This document shows, piece after piece, positions 45,763 to 55,943 of a stretch of DNA of 64,000 nt. The notes under the pieces were generated by a model. The model was given only the letters and a program-made list of their open reading frames with translations. It was not told the origin of the DNA and did no database searches. Source of the stretch: Ignavibacteriales bacterium (GTDB taxonomy: Bacteria > Bacteroidota > Ignavibacteria > UBA10030); assembly GCA_016192345.1 (NCBI GenBank), contig JACPUH010000002.1, positions 8,875 through 72,874 of the forward strand, read 5' to 3'. Position 1 is the stretch's first letter; every line of letters starts with the position of its first letter. The position numbers and the translations under genes are program-made.

Positions 45763-45868
45763 CGGGTGTCACCACGCAGGGGGTTGGCATCGCACTTGGT
45801 AGAGAAGAGATGCTTCAGCAAGTGTATCGTCCATGGTTCCGAATTCTTTTTCAAAGCAACACAGATTC

Positions 45869-46330
45869 CTATCCCTCTTTTCCTGCACTCAACGACTGCG
45901 CGATGAGCTCCAGCTTTCCATCGAGCCCTTTTCCCAGTTCGGCGAGCGTCTTCTTCTGCAGCATCGTGAGGATCACCTCTTTCGCACGCTTCCACTGGTC
46001 GTGAACCGGGCAGGGAGTCTGTTCACCACACGCGGGAAATCCAAGGACGCAACCATCGAGGGAAGATTCACCATCCACGGCGCGCACAATGTCGATGAGC
46101 GTGATTTCCTTCGGCGATCGCGCAAGGGCAAACCCGCCATTCGCCCCCTTCCGGGAGACAACGATCCCACCCCGGGTGAGCGTTTGCAGAACTTTGTTGA
46201 GGAAGTGGTAGGGGATGTTGAGATCGCTTGCGATCTCACGGAGATGCTTCCGAGAACCTTCTGGCTGTCGGGCCAGGTAGAGCACCGCCTGAAGGGCGTA
46301 TTCACATGACTTACTGAAGATAATGGACAT
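45869..46330 (-). CDS. Rrf2 family Fe-S transcriptional regulator
   Basis: FSKSCEYALQAVLYLA, GANGGFALA, ITLIDIVRAVDG, CVLGFPACGEQTPCPVH (3 Cys + His). Confidence 0.95.
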   Translation of the reverse strand: MSIIFSKSCEYALQAVLYLARQPEGSRKHLREIASDLNIPYHFLNKVLQTLTRGGIVVSRKGANGGFALARSPKEITLIDIVRAVDGESSLDGCVLGFPACGEQTPCPVHDQWKRAKEVILTMLQKKTLAELGKGLDGKLELIAQSLSAGKEG

Positions 46331-46345
46331 AGCCACGTTTCGCGA

Positions 46346-46370
46346 GTATCAGACTGATTTATCCGAAGTA
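46346..46370. promoter_or_regulatory. Candidate autoregulatory Rrf2 operator (IscR type-1-like)
   Basis: GTATCAGACTGATTTATCCGAAGTA, imperfect palindrome TCAGAC-N6-ATCCGA, 15-40 nt upstream of the Rrf2 start. Confidence 0.35.
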
Positions 46371-46439
46371 TACCTCCGGCCTGCTTTGGAAGCAAGAATT
46401 TTTTTCGCTCAGACGAAATCCGGAACGCACAACCCGTGC

Positions 46440-47456
46440 CTATCCTCCAATGGCGACCATGGCCCGGTCACGCAAGCGACTGAGTTCCAGCGGGTCGGGA
46501 CGTTGACCCCATTTTGCACGGACCGCCTCCCCGATGGCAAACTTCAGGGCCTCCGGGCCTTCACCCTGCCGAAGCAAGGAGCGCAAGTCCACCTCCCCGC
46601 GCGCAAACAAGCAGGTCCGGAACCTGCCATCGGCCGTGATCCTTAAACGCGAGCAAGAATGACAGCAAGGTTCCGTGATCGTCGCGATGAACCCCACACT
46701 CCCCCCTCCTCCTCGAACCAAAAATTCCTTTGCCGGACCACGCAGATCATCGGTTGCCTCCACGGGGTCAAGTGCATAACGGATTTCGATCAGCTCACGA
46801 ATCTCACGGCATGAGATCAGGCTCTCCATCGACCAGCCGTTTCCGGAGAAGGGCATGAATTCGATGAAGCGAACATGCACACCCAGGGCATTCGCCAATT
46901 CCACGAAGTCAACAATCTCATCGTCATTGAAGCCGCGAATCATGACACAGTTGATCTTCACGGAATCGAACCCCGCCCTGGTGGCAATCCGGATCCCCTC
47001 CAGCACCGAGTCGAAATTGTCACGCAGGGTGATGCGCTTGAACTTTTCCGGTACAAGCGTATCCAGACTGATGTTGATCTGCGAAACCCCTGCCTCGCGA
47101 AGCCGGCGGGCTTTCTGCTGCAACAGGACACCGTTCGTAGAGAGCGCCAACGTGTTCAAACCTGCGATTCCAGACAATGAAGCGCACAGTTCTTCAACCC
47201 CGGTCCGGACGAGTGGCTCCCCTCCGGTAAGCCTGATTTTTCGGACGCCGAGGCCCACGAACATCACCGCAAGTCGCTCGATCTCCTCGAAAGAAAGCAG
47301 GTGGAGTTTGGGTGTCAGGGGGATGCCTTCCGCCGGCATGCAATACCGGCAACGCAGGTTGCATCGCTCGGTGATCGAAATACGCAGATAATCGTGTCGC
47401 CGCCCGAATGCATCGGTCAATATCGTGGGTACGGAGGACTGCATCGACCAGTTCAC
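46440..47456 (-). CDS. moaA: GTP 3',8-cyclase (molybdenum cofactor biosynthesis)
   Basis: YLRISITERCNLRCRYCM, KIRLTGGEPL, CHSCSRLRITADGRFRTCL, C-terminal IGG; GTG overlaps the actF stop (alternative ATG 47444). Confidence 0.97.
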   Translation of the reverse strand: MNWSMQSSVPTILTDAFGRRHDYLRISITERCNLRCRYCMPAEGIPLTPKLHLLSFEEIERLAVMFVGLGVRKIRLTGGEPLVRTGVEELCASLSGIAGLNTLALSTNGVLLQQKARRLREAGVSQINISLDTLVPEKFKRITLRDNFDSVLEGIRIATRAGFDSVKINCVMIRGFNDDEIVDFVELANALGVHVRFIEFMPFSGNGWSMESLISCREIRELIEIRYALDPVEATDDLRGPAKEFLVRGGGGSVGFIATITEPCCHSCSRLRITADGRFRTCLFARGEVDLRSLLRQGEGPEALKFAIGEAVRAKWGQRPDPLELSRLRDRAMVAIGG

Positions 47457-48640
47457 GTATGAAGATTCAGGCTCTCACCCAGCATCGGGTCCCCAACCGG
47501 GAGGAGGTTTCCCTTCGCAAGGGACTTGAAGACGATCAGGAAGAAGGCAGCCAGGGCGGCAAGGATGGGCCCAAGCTCCCAGAGACCTACTATGGGGTCC
47601 TTCGCCATGAACGGGGGCATGATCATCCAGAACAGATCGATCCAATGCCCGATCATCAAAAAGATGCAGACGCGCAAAAGCACTCCCTCGTGTCGCTTCG
47701 TCCAGATGGGGAGAAGGGCAATGAAGGGGATGACCCAGTTGAAGAGGATGTTCACGATTGTCAGCACTCCCCAACCCCCCTCTTCACGCCGGGCGTAATA
47801 CGTCACTTCTTCCGGTATGTTGGCGTACCAGATGAGAACGTACTGGCTGAACCAGATGTACATCCAGAACGTGCTGAAGGCAAAGATGAGCTTTCCAAGA
47901 TCGTGAAGATGGGAATCGTTGATCACGTTTCGAAACGGACCCATCCGCTTCAGCAGGATGATGACCAGCGTCATGGTTGCGAGACCATTGAGAAAGAGCC
48001 CCGCGAAGTTATAGATTCCGAAGATCGTGCTGAACCAGTGAGGTTCCAGCGACATGATCCAGTCCATACTCGCAAGCGTAAATGTCAGGGCGAAGACAAC
48101 GAGAAACCCCGCCGAGATTTTTCTGTTCGTTCGTGTCAGTTCGAGATCCCCCGAGGCATCCTGCCGCTGCGAACGCTTCACAATGGCCGTGATCATCACC
48201 ATCCAAACGGCGAGGTAGAACACCGAGCGCGCGATGAAGAACGGCTCGTTCAACCAGCCCGACTTGGAATGCAGAATCGGATCGTTCGCCACCACGGCTT
48301 CGTGGCTCCACTCATACAGTGTGTGAATGCCGAGAAAGAGAACAACCAGCAAGAGGCCTGTGACCGGCAGAACCTCGGTCATCGCCTCCGGAATGCGCCG
48401 GAACGAGACGCTCCACCCGGCGTTCGACACATATTGCAACGCCACAAAAAGGCCTCCCGCCAAACCGAGGCTTATAAGGTAATAGGTCGAGAGGAGAACA
48501 TTCGGCCAGGCTCTGTCGGGCGCAGCAAAGATCCCGATGAGGGCGACGGCTGCGCCGATCAGCACAAGGATGGAGAGATTGCGCGCCCATCCCTCTGAAG
48601 GGCGGACGGCAAGCCGGGTCGCGGCGGAAATAGTGCTCAT
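47453..48640 (-). CDS. actF: Alternative complex III subunit F (NrfD-like second membrane subunit)
   Basis: AGWSVSFRRIPEA, WLNEPFFIAR, DWIMSLEPHWFSTIFG, HLHDLGKLIFAFSTFWMYIWFSQY..IWYANIPEE; start at ATG 48640 (ATGA with actE). Confidence 0.92.
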   Translation of the reverse strand: MSTISAATRLAVRPSEGWARNLSILVLIGAAVALIGIFAAPDRAWPNVLLSTYYLISLGLAGGLFVALQYVSNAGWSVSFRRIPEAMTEVLPVTGLLLVVLFLGIHTLYEWSHEAVVANDPILHSKSGWLNEPFFIARSVFYLAVWMVMITAIVKRSQRQDASGDLELTRTNRKISAGFLVVFALTFTLASMDWIMSLEPHWFSTIFGIYNFAGLFLNGLATMTLVIILLKRMGPFRNVINDSHLHDLGKLIFAFSTFWMYIWFSQYVLIWYANIPEEVTYYARREEGGWGVLTIVNILFNWVIPFIALLPIWTKRHEGVLLRVCIFLMIGHWIDLFWMIMPPFMAKDPIVGLWELGPILAALAAFFLIVFKSLAKGNLLPVGDPMLGESLNLHT

Positions 48641-49224
48641 CGGCGGCTCCCCTTCTGTTGTTGCTTCGACTGCCACGATCGAATGTAGGCGAGGACATTC
48701 CAACGGTCCGATCGCGAGACTTGCGAAGCCAGCGAAGGCATGTTCCTCTGTCCGAATGTGACGATATGGTACATCTGTCCATCCTTCATATTCAGTGCGT
48801 TATCTGCAAAGAGGGAGGGAGGAGGAGGAAAGCCCCGTTTGGTGATCACTCCATCCCCCAACCCGGTGGGGCCATGACATGGTTGACACATGGCGGCATA
48901 CACCGCTGCCCCCCGTTCCAGGGCGGCGATATTGGTATCGGCAACAGGACTGGTAAGTTCCCGACCGGCGCGGAGTGCATCTTCAGGAGTGGGTTTGTAT
49001 TCAAAGGGTTCAAACCCCCGTACCACGGTGCCGGGTACGAGCGGCGGACCCACATCCCCCTCCTGCCAGGGCGCCTGCGGCTTGTAGGCGATGGACGAGA
49101 CCATGCCGGGCATGAAGTCGAGATTCCGATGCGTAAAATCGCGTTGGACGAACACGATCATCCCAATCACCACCAGGAGAAGAATCAACAACGATCCGTT
49201 GAGAATCACCCATCCCTTCTTCAT
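48637..49224 (-). CDS. actE: Alternative complex III subunit E (monoheme cytochrome c)
   Basis: N-terminal TM, CQPCHG..G.GDG, FPPPPS, DGQMYHIVTFG..NMPS...RWNVLAYIR. Confidence 0.9.
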   Translation of the reverse strand: MKKGWVILNGSLLILLLVVIGMIVFVQRDFTHRNLDFMPGMVSSIAYKPQAPWQEGDVGPPLVPGTVVRGFEPFEYKPTPEDALRAGRELTSPVADTNIAALERGAAVYAAMCQPCHGPTGLGDGVITKRGFPPPPSLFADNALNMKDGQMYHIVTFGQRNMPSLASQVSRSDRWNVLAYIRSWQSKQQQKGSRR

Positions 49225-49745
49225 ACCCGCTCAATCCTTTCCTCAAGGTCCACAAGATGAAACCGCTCGAAGAGCGATCGTACTTCCTCCACCACGAAGG
49301 AGGCATTGTCCTGGATGAGGACAAGGATGAACCGGTCGTTCGTCGCGCCATCATAGATGAACGCCGGTTTTTTCCCTGGCCAGAGTTTCCTCATTGCCAG
49401 AAAGAGCAACACGGTCCCCACTCCCGCGAACAGGACCATCACCTCAAATGTCACCGGCACAAAGGCGGGGACGGACTTCAACGGCTTGCCCCCGACGTTC
49501 ACCGGCCAACTCGTCGCCGAGGTCCAGATCTGAAACCATAATTTCGCGACAGCCCCTGAAATACCCAGGATAAGCGTGGCCCATGCCAGCCTCGTCGAGC
49601 GCATCCCCATTGCCTTGTCCAAACCATGCACCGCAAACGGCGTATAGGCATCGAGAATGGTATACCCATGCTCACGCGCCGCTTGCGTCGCGGCAAGAAG
49701 ATCGTTTTCATGGGCGAAGGAACTAACCAACAAGCGTCTGCTCAA
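49221..49745 (-). CDS. actD: Alternative complex III subunit D (DUF3341)
   Basis: [21 protein letters not shown]...[22 protein letters not shown]; TTG start. Confidence 0.93.
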   Translation of the reverse strand: MSRRLLVSSFAHENDLLAATQAAREHGYTILDAYTPFAVHGLDKAMGMRSTRLAWATLILGISGAVAKLWFQIWTSATSWPVNVGGKPLKSVPAFVPVTFEVMVLFAGVGTVLLFLAMRKLWPGKKPAFIYDGATNDRFILVLIQDNASFVVEEVRSLFERFHLVDLEERIERV

Positions 49746-51141
49746 GCGCTCCCTCCTTTCGTGGTTCCAACGGTTTCAACTCACTCCGGCCCTTCCCGTA
49801 TCGGACGACTCCCTTGACTTCGCCTATGGCGATCATCGGCAGAAAGCGGGCGAAGAGTAGAAAGAGGGTGAAAAAGAGGCCGAAGCTTCCGAGCAGGGTC
49901 GTCAAGTCGATGATCGTCGGCGTGAACCCTGCCCAGCTTGCCGGGAGGTAGTCCCTGGTCAGCGAGGTCATAATGATAACGAATCGCTCGAACCACATAC
50001 CGACATTGATAAGGATGGACAACGCGAAGACGATGCCGGGGTTTCTCCTGATCTTCTTCCACCAGAAAAGTTGGGGGACCATGATGTTGCAACCCACCAT
50101 CACCCAGTACGTCCATCCGTACGGGCCAAGGGCCCTGTTGATAAAGGCAAAGCGTTCATATTCGTTCCCCGAATAATAGGCGACGAAGAGTTCCGTCATA
50201 TAGGCCAACCCGACCATCCCCCCCGTCGCGATGATCACTTTGCACATCTGCTCGATGTGGTGGAGCGTGATGTACTCCTCCAGGTTCATCACCTTGCGGA
50301 CGATCAGCATCAGGGTCAGCACCATCGCAAATCCGGAGAAGACCGCCCCGGCGACGAAATACGGGGGAAGGATGGTGGTATGCCATCCCGGGATGACCGA
50401 GGTGGCAAAATCCCAACTGACGATCGTATGCACGGAGACGACGAGCGGAGTCGCGAGCCCGGCCAGCAGCAGGTAGAGCTTCTCATACCGCTGCCACGTC
50501 CGGTTCGAACCGTCCCAGCCAAAACTGAAGAACCCGAAGAGCTTCTTGCGCAGGGCCGACTTCGTCCTGTCGCGAATGGTCGCCAGGTCGGGAATCATCC
50601 CGACATACCAGAACAGGGCGGAGATCGTCAGGTAGCAACTGATCGCAAACATGTCCCAGACCAGCGGCGAGCGGAAGTTGACCCACAGCGGACCGCGGAA
50701 ATTGGGATACGGAAGGAGCCAATAAGCAAACCATGGCCGGCCGGTGTGGAGGATCGGGAAAATCCCGGCGCATATGACGGCAAAGATCGTCATCGCCTCA
50801 GCCGACCGGTTGACGGAGGTCCGCCATCGCTGCCGGAAGAGAAACAGGATGGCGGAGATCAAGGTCCCCGCATGCCCGATACCGATCCAGAACACAAAGT
50901 TGGTGATATCAAATGCCCATCCAACGGTGTTGTTCAATCCCCACACCCCCACTCCTGTCATCACCTGATAGGCAACCGACAGAGCACCGAGGATCAGGAC
51001 TCCGACGGAGACGATGAACGCAATCCACCAGGAAAGCGACGCTCCCTTCTCGAGCGGCCCGCACACATCATCGGTGATGTCGGCATACGTTTTATTTCCC
51101 AGTACCAGCGGCTGACGGAGCACGGAGAAAACCTCACCCAT
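49723..51141 (-). CDS. actC: Alternative complex III subunit C (quinol-binding, NrfD family)
   Basis: [76 protein letters not shown]. Confidence 0.96.
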   Translation of the reverse strand: MGEVFSVLRQPLVLGNKTYADITDDVCGPLEKGASLSWWIAFIVSVGVLILGALSVAYQVMTGVGVWGLNNTVGWAFDITNFVFWIGIGHAGTLISAILFLFRQRWRTSVNRSAEAMTIFAVICAGIFPILHTGRPWFAYWLLPYPNFRGPLWVNFRSPLVWDMFAISCYLTISALFWYVGMIPDLATIRDRTKSALRKKLFGFFSFGWDGSNRTWQRYEKLYLLLAGLATPLVVSVHTIVSWDFATSVIPGWHTTILPPYFVAGAVFSGFAMVLTLMLIVRKVMNLEEYITLHHIEQMCKVIIATGGMVGLAYMTELFVAYYSGNEYERFAFINRALGPYGWTYWVMVGCNIMVPQLFWWKKIRRNPGIVFALSILINVGMWFERFVIIMTSLTRDYLPASWAGFTPTIIDLTTLLGSFGLFFTLFLLFARFLPMIAIGEVKGVVRYGKGRSELKPLEPRKEGALEQTLVG

Positions 51142-54139
51142 GGATCCCGGCTCCTTTCTCGTTGGCGGATGGCCTGGATTCAGAGTCTTCTGTGTCCCGA
51201 ACCAGGGTCATATATCCGATGGAAGGACGCACCCCCAGTTCCTCAAGGACTCGATAGAAACGCGGCTCGGTCATGGCTCGTGAAATCCGACTCTCCGGAT
51301 CGTTCATATCTCCGAAGGTGATCGCGTCGGCAGGACACGATTGCTGGCAGGCAGGTTGTATATCACCATCCCTCAGGGAGCGGCCTTCGTTTTTCGCTTC
51401 GATCTTCGCCAGTTGAATACGTTGGACACAGAAACTGCATTTCTCCATCACTCCACGCTCACGGACTGTCACATCGGGGTTCAGCACCATCCGGTGGAGT
51501 TCGTCCCCCCTCGGGTACTCAAACCAGTTGAAGTGGCGAACTTTATAGGGACAGTTGTTGGCACAATACCGCGTCCCGACGCAGCGGTTATAGATCTGCT
51601 GGTTCAATCCCTCCGAATCGTGAACAGTCGCAAGAACCGGACAGACCGTTTCGCAGGGGGCGTTGCCGCAATGCTGGCACATCATGGGCTGGTGGGAAAC
51701 GGACAACTCGCCGTTTTCATTGTCGTAGTACCGGTCGATGCGAAGCCATTGAAGCTCCCGGTTTCTCCCCACTTCATCTTTTCCGACCACCGGGATATTA
51801 TTTTCGGCCTGACACCCGATGACGCACGCCGAACAACCTGTACAGGCAGAGAGGTCGATAGCCATGCCCCATCGATGCCCATCATACTGGTGGTCATCCG
51901 GCCAAAGGGACTCGATCTCATGTTTCCGAAAACTCCCTGCCGATGGATCCTTGGCATAGGCTGCGAACGAAGTTTGCTGGATGATCGGTCGCCTCTCCCC
52001 CGTTCCCCCACCAAGCAGGTCCGGATTGGTCAGCGAATGATACTCCTGCGTCGAAGCGAGGGGATGCTTCCTGCCGGTTTTGGCAATCGTGACACTGAGA
52101 TTCGTGTACGCCAACTCCCCGTTTTCGAACCGAAGAAGCGTTGCAGCGTTCACACCGACAAGCTCCCCCGGCGCGACGGTTGGCTTTGCCTGAAGCCACT
52201 TGGGACCGACGTCGATGAAGCGGTCGGTTCCTTTCCTTCCGTACCCGAGGGCGATGGAAAGAACGCGATCATGCTGGCCCGGCTGAAGATGCGCGGGAAG
52301 CTCCAAACGGCCCTTTTCCTCGGTTTGAATGGTAACCACATCCCCCTCCCCGATCCCCAGGTTCGCCGCCACGGTCTCCGAGATCGACACGTAATTATCC
52401 CAGACGATCTTCGTCACCGGGTCGGCCAATTCCTGAAGCCACGGATTATGAGCGTGCCTTCCGTCCAACATTGTCAACGATGAGTGAAGGACGAGGGCAA
52501 AGGCACCTTCTGCGACCGGTTTGGGACTTGATGAACGTGGATGGAGAGCATCTCTCTTCAGAGACTTGACCTTGACTCCCTGGCCTTCGACCTCGACAAA
52601 TCCATCGTGCAACGTTTTGTTCCAGAATGCCGTGAACGATCGCTCCTGATTCCGCCGTCGAAACACGGAACGCTCCCACTCCTGCCTTATGAGGTCATAG
52701 GCTCCATGCCTCTCTCCCAACCACACGCTCAGGCTTTCTCCGAGAGTACGCGTATCTCTCAACGGCTGAATGGTCGGCTGCGACAGCGAAACGATCCCGG
52801 CAACAGTTTCTGCGTCGTTCCATCGTTCGAGTTCATGGGGTTGCGGCATGACAACGCGGGCAGTCTCCGATGTTTCGTCGACTCGTTCGGCAAAACTCAC
52901 CATAAGCCTGATCCTGGAAAACGCCTCCTTCAAAGCGGTCGAATCGGGAAGGTCGTAGAGAGGATTGACCCCTTCCACAAAGAGTGCTTGAACCGACCCG
53001 GACTGAATTTCGTCAATCAACCGGGTGAGCTCGCCATCATCTCCACGGCACTGGTAAGAGGGATTTTCAACGTCAATGGTCTTCCCGTAGTTGCCGAGAA
53101 GGTCGTTCAGGAGATTGACCTGAACCTGGAGCCCGAGGTCGTTTGTACCGCAGACAATGAGGCTCCTTCCACGGGTCTGCCAGAGTCGATCCGCGATCCC
53201 GGTTAACCTGTTTTCCAGGTGCTCCGCAAGGTTGGGGGAAACTGAATGAGCGGACCTCCCGGCCCTAGAGGAAACAAGAGCGACGAGCCGGGAGGTAACA
53301 AGAGCGACTTCATCAGGGGATACGATGATCCGCTCATCCGCATTGCTGCCGGTCAAAGACAGACGGGATTCGATTTGCGTGTGATGGGAGAATTTCTGCC
53401 CGGAGCCTTCCAGGGAGCGTCCGGCTCTGTATCCTTTCGTGAACTCGACCGGCGAGATCCAGGTCCCGAGGAAATCCGCGTCGAGGCTGACGATGGTTTC
53501 AGCTTGTTCGAACCGGAAACGGGGAAGGAGGCGACTTCCGTGCGTGTACTGATGGGCATCCAGGATGGCCGAAGAAGAGACGGGATCATACTCTCCATGC
53601 CTCCCGTCCTTGAAGGAGGCGAGAAACCGGCCGATGAGCCCCCGCGTTGTCGGACTTGTCACACTCCCCGTAAGGAATCGGACAGCCCCGCCGGAGTTTT
53701 TGATTGCTGCAAGTTCCGTCATGACTTCGGCGTCGACCTGATCCCATGTTGAAGGTGACCCCTTCAGCAGAGGACCATTCAAACGTTGAGAGTCGTAGAG
53801 AGAGACAATAGCCGCCTGCCCAATGGCACACAAACCGCCGCGGGAGACGGGGTGTGCCGGATTTCCCTCAATCTTGATCGGCCTCCCATCGCGGTTCTTG
53901 ACAAGCACGCCGCAACCCGCACTGCACGCACGGCATGTGGAAGCAAACCAGTACGGAACTCCCGGTGTGATCTCCTCCGGCCGAAGGAGATACGGTATCG
54001 CGTTCTCCAGATTCGATTGCTGGCAACCGGCGAGGGCCGTACCGGCAAACGAGAATCCTGCGAGTTTCAGGAACGATCGCCGGCTGAACTCCTGGACCGG
54101 TTCCATCGCTTCATCGTGATCGTGATGTTCGTGGCTCAT
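51134..54139 (-). CDS. actB: Alternative complex III subunit B (Mo-oxidoreductase-fold B1 plus Fe-S B2, fused)
   Basis: Tat RRSFLK...GC; B1 with [10 protein letters not shown]; B2 [37 protein letters not shown] ([3Fe-4S] type), CSFC; start at ATG 54139 with AAAGGGG RBS. Confidence 0.95.
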   Translation of the reverse strand: MSHEHHDHDEAMEPVQEFSRRSFLKLAGFSFAGTALAGCQQSNLENAIPYLLRPEEITPGVPYWFASTCRACSAGCGVLVKNRDGRPIKIEGNPAHPVSRGGLCAIGQAAIVSLYDSQRLNGPLLKGSPSTWDQVDAEVMTELAAIKNSGGAVRFLTGSVTSPTTRGLIGRFLASFKDGRHGEYDPVSSSAILDAHQYTHGSRLLPRFRFEQAETIVSLDADFLGTWISPVEFTKGYRAGRSLEGSGQKFSHHTQIESRLSLTGSNADERIIVSPDEVALVTSRLVALVSSRAGRSAHSVSPNLAEHLENRLTGIADRLWQTRGRSLIVCGTNDLGLQVQVNLLNDLLGNYGKTIDVENPSYQCRGDDGELTRLIDEIQSGSVQALFVEGVNPLYDLPDSTALKEAFSRIRLMVSFAERVDETSETARVVMPQPHELERWNDAETVAGIVSLSQPTIQPLRDTRTLGESLSVWLGERHGAYDLIRQEWERSVFRRRNQERSFTAFWNKTLHDGFVEVEGQGVKVKSLKRDALHPRSSSPKPVAEGAFALVLHSSLTMLDGRHAHNPWLQELADPVTKIVWDNYVSISETVAANLGIGEGDVVTIQTEEKGRLELPAHLQPGQHDRVLSIALGYGRKGTDRFIDVGPKWLQAKPTVAPGELVGVNAATLLRFENGELAYTNLSVTIAKTGRKHPLASTQEYHSLTNPDLLGGGTGERRPIIQQTSFAAYAKDPSAGSFRKHEIESLWPDDHQYDGHRWGMAIDLSACTGCSACVIGCQAENNIPVVGKDEVGRNRELQWLRIDRYYDNENGELSVSHQPMMCQHCGNAPCETVCPVLATVHDSEGLNQQIYNRCVGTRYCANNCPYKVRHFNWFEYPRGDELHRMVLNPDVTVRERGVMEKCSFCVQRIQLAKIEAKNEGRSLRDGDIQPACQQSCPADAITFGDMNDPESRISRAMTEPRFYRVLEELGVRPSIGYMTLVRDTEDSESRPSANEKGAGIHG

Positions 54140-54178
54140 ATCCCCTTTATGCCTTTTATTCCTTGCAGCCATTCTTGT

Positions 54179-54844
54179 TCAATGATGACACACAACACAA
54201 TCGGTGGACGCCGTGACCTTCCTCCCGGTCGATGCCGTCAAACCCGGATCCCGATGGCAGTTGACGCATGAACCCATCGAAAGGGAGGAAACCTGGCGTA
54301 CTCGCTCCATCGTCTCGACATTCCCATGACACGTCTGACACAGAACGCCTGCGTTGACATGCGCACTATGATTGAAATAGACGAAACTCGGAAGACTGTG
54401 CACACGCACCCATGCCACACCGGAGGCCGTTCGGGAAGAGTCGGGTTTCAGTTCGTCATCCAGCCCTGTAGTGGCATAGAGCTTTCGCAATTCGGGAGAG
54501 AAGATACGGCGCGGCGGTCGGTTCTCCTTGGCCGCCTGCTCGTCTTCAGCCCGCACAGAGAGAATCGGCGCGGTGACATGCTTGTGGCAGTTCATGCAGA
54601 CATTCGTGGACGGGATCCCTGCCGTGCGTCCCTTCTCGGCGCCGGTGTGACAATGCAGACACGAGATGCCAAGCTCCCCCGCATGGAGAAGGTGCGAGTA
54701 GGCGATCGGCTGTACCGGCTCAAAGCCCTGGTGATTGTCCGGCAAGCGCATGTTCACCATGAACGAGGTAAGGAACACACTCATGGCCAACAAGACTGCC
54801 ACACCCAATATGACCGACAACAATCGGTTGTTCAGAAATTTCAT
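54179..54844 (-). CDS. actA: Alternative complex III subunit A (pentaheme)
   Basis: One TM; PVQPIAYSHLLHAG, CLHCH, CMNCH, LPSFVYFNHSAHV, CQTCH, SMGSCVNCH, CVVCHH. Confidence 0.93.
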   Translation of the reverse strand: MKFLNNRLLSVILGVAVLLAMSVFLTSFMVNMRLPDNHQGFEPVQPIAYSHLLHAGELGISCLHCHTGAEKGRTAGIPSTNVCMNCHKHVTAPILSVRAEDEQAAKENRPPRRIFSPELRKLYATTGLDDELKPDSSRTASGVAWVRVHSLPSFVYFNHSAHVNAGVLCQTCHGNVETMERVRQVSSLSMGSCVNCHRDPGLTASTGRKVTASTDCVVCHH

Positions 54845-54883
54845 CGTTTCAATCCATCACCAAGTGTTTCCGTCGTAGAGCAA

Positions 54884-55942
54884 TCATCGCGCTCCCTGCA
54901 AACGCGTCCGGGGCTTCAACGCCGTTGAGATGTGATTCATCACTTCCCACGCATTCACAAAAAGCACCAGGATCCCAAGGGCGAGCAATGCGGGGGGATT
55001 CAGCACGGCTTTCATAATCGACGGATGAGGATAGACGTATCCATAGTATGAGCATGCAAAGAACATCCCATAAGTGAAATTTCGTGCGTAGTTGCCAAGC
55101 TGAAAACGGAGCAACGGCTGCTTCCTGTTCGTGATCAAGAATACTTCATAGAGGAGTGATGAAAAAAATAACAGGCTCGTAATCACCCAGGCGGCCTGAA
55201 TCACGAAATGAAAATAAGGAAGAGAGCCCGGCATGTTGTTCTCAATCATTTGGGCTGCCAGCATCGTAATCGACAACGCTCCGTGGGTAATGTTGTTCTG
55301 CGGCACCCAATGCATGAGCGGTTCCACAAATCCCCCGACGACCCACGTCAATGCAAAGGAGATCCAGTAGAAGATGATTCCAAGGACGTTGGCCACAATC
55401 AGCACTGGAAGAAGATCTCCAATAGAGCCGGCGAGGACCGTCATACAACCCACGACAAGCGACTGTGTTGCCACCGTGACGAGGAACACCGTGCCCGTGA
55501 GATTTCCCCCTTTGAGTTCCCCACGCACGACCATCTTCATAAGCCAAACCATGTATACACCACACAAGAGCCAGGCGAGGAGATGAGCGATGATTGCGAC
55601 CGGCGGAACAATCGGATACATCACTACGGCAACGATGTTCATGGCCGCGACCCAGGTTCCCATCCGGAAGTGACCGGGCGAAAAATTCCACAGGACGCGC
55701 ACGTCGAGCCAAAGCTGTGCACCAAAACGGGCCACGACATACAGTGCAAACAGCACAAGGATAATCCCAAACCCGTCAAGAATGGTCCGATCCAGGGGAG
55801 GTTTGAAAAAATGCCCGATGATGTATTTGCCTGGATACAGTAAGAAAACACCAAGTGCCATGAAGATTGCCGGTACACCAATAATCTCCTGTTGCCACGT
55901 TTCAGACACATACCGGAGGGGTGTATTCCTTGCGCTGTTCAT
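54884..55942 (-). CDS. TDT/SLAC1 (tellurite-resistance/dicarboxylate transporter) family anion channel, putative
   Basis: About 10 TM helices; GTVFLVTVATQSL and HGALSITML resemble TDT-family motifs; starts 1 nt after the narK stop. Confidence 0.55.
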   Translation of the reverse strand: MNSARNTPLRYVSETWQQEIIGVPAIFMALGVFLLYPGKYIIGHFFKPPLDRTILDGFGIILVLFALYVVARFGAQLWLDVRVLWNFSPGHFRMGTWVAAMNIVAVVMYPIVPPVAIIAHLLAWLLCGVYMVWLMKMVVRGELKGGNLTGTVFLVTVATQSLVVGCMTVLAGSIGDLLPVLIVANVLGIIFYWISFALTWVVGGFVEPLMHWVPQNNITHGALSITMLAAQMIENNMPGSLPYFHFVIQAAWVITSLLFFSSLLYEVFLITNRKQPLLRFQLGNYARNFTYGMFFACSYYGYVYPHPSIMKAVLNPPALLALGILVLFVNAWEVMNHISTALKPRTRLQGAR

Positions 55943-55943
55943 G

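Noticed and set aside
46440-47456. moaA adjacency as proof that ActB binds molybdenum
   Set aside because: NarG in the same operon already explains moaA, and no clear Mo ligand is visible in ActB.
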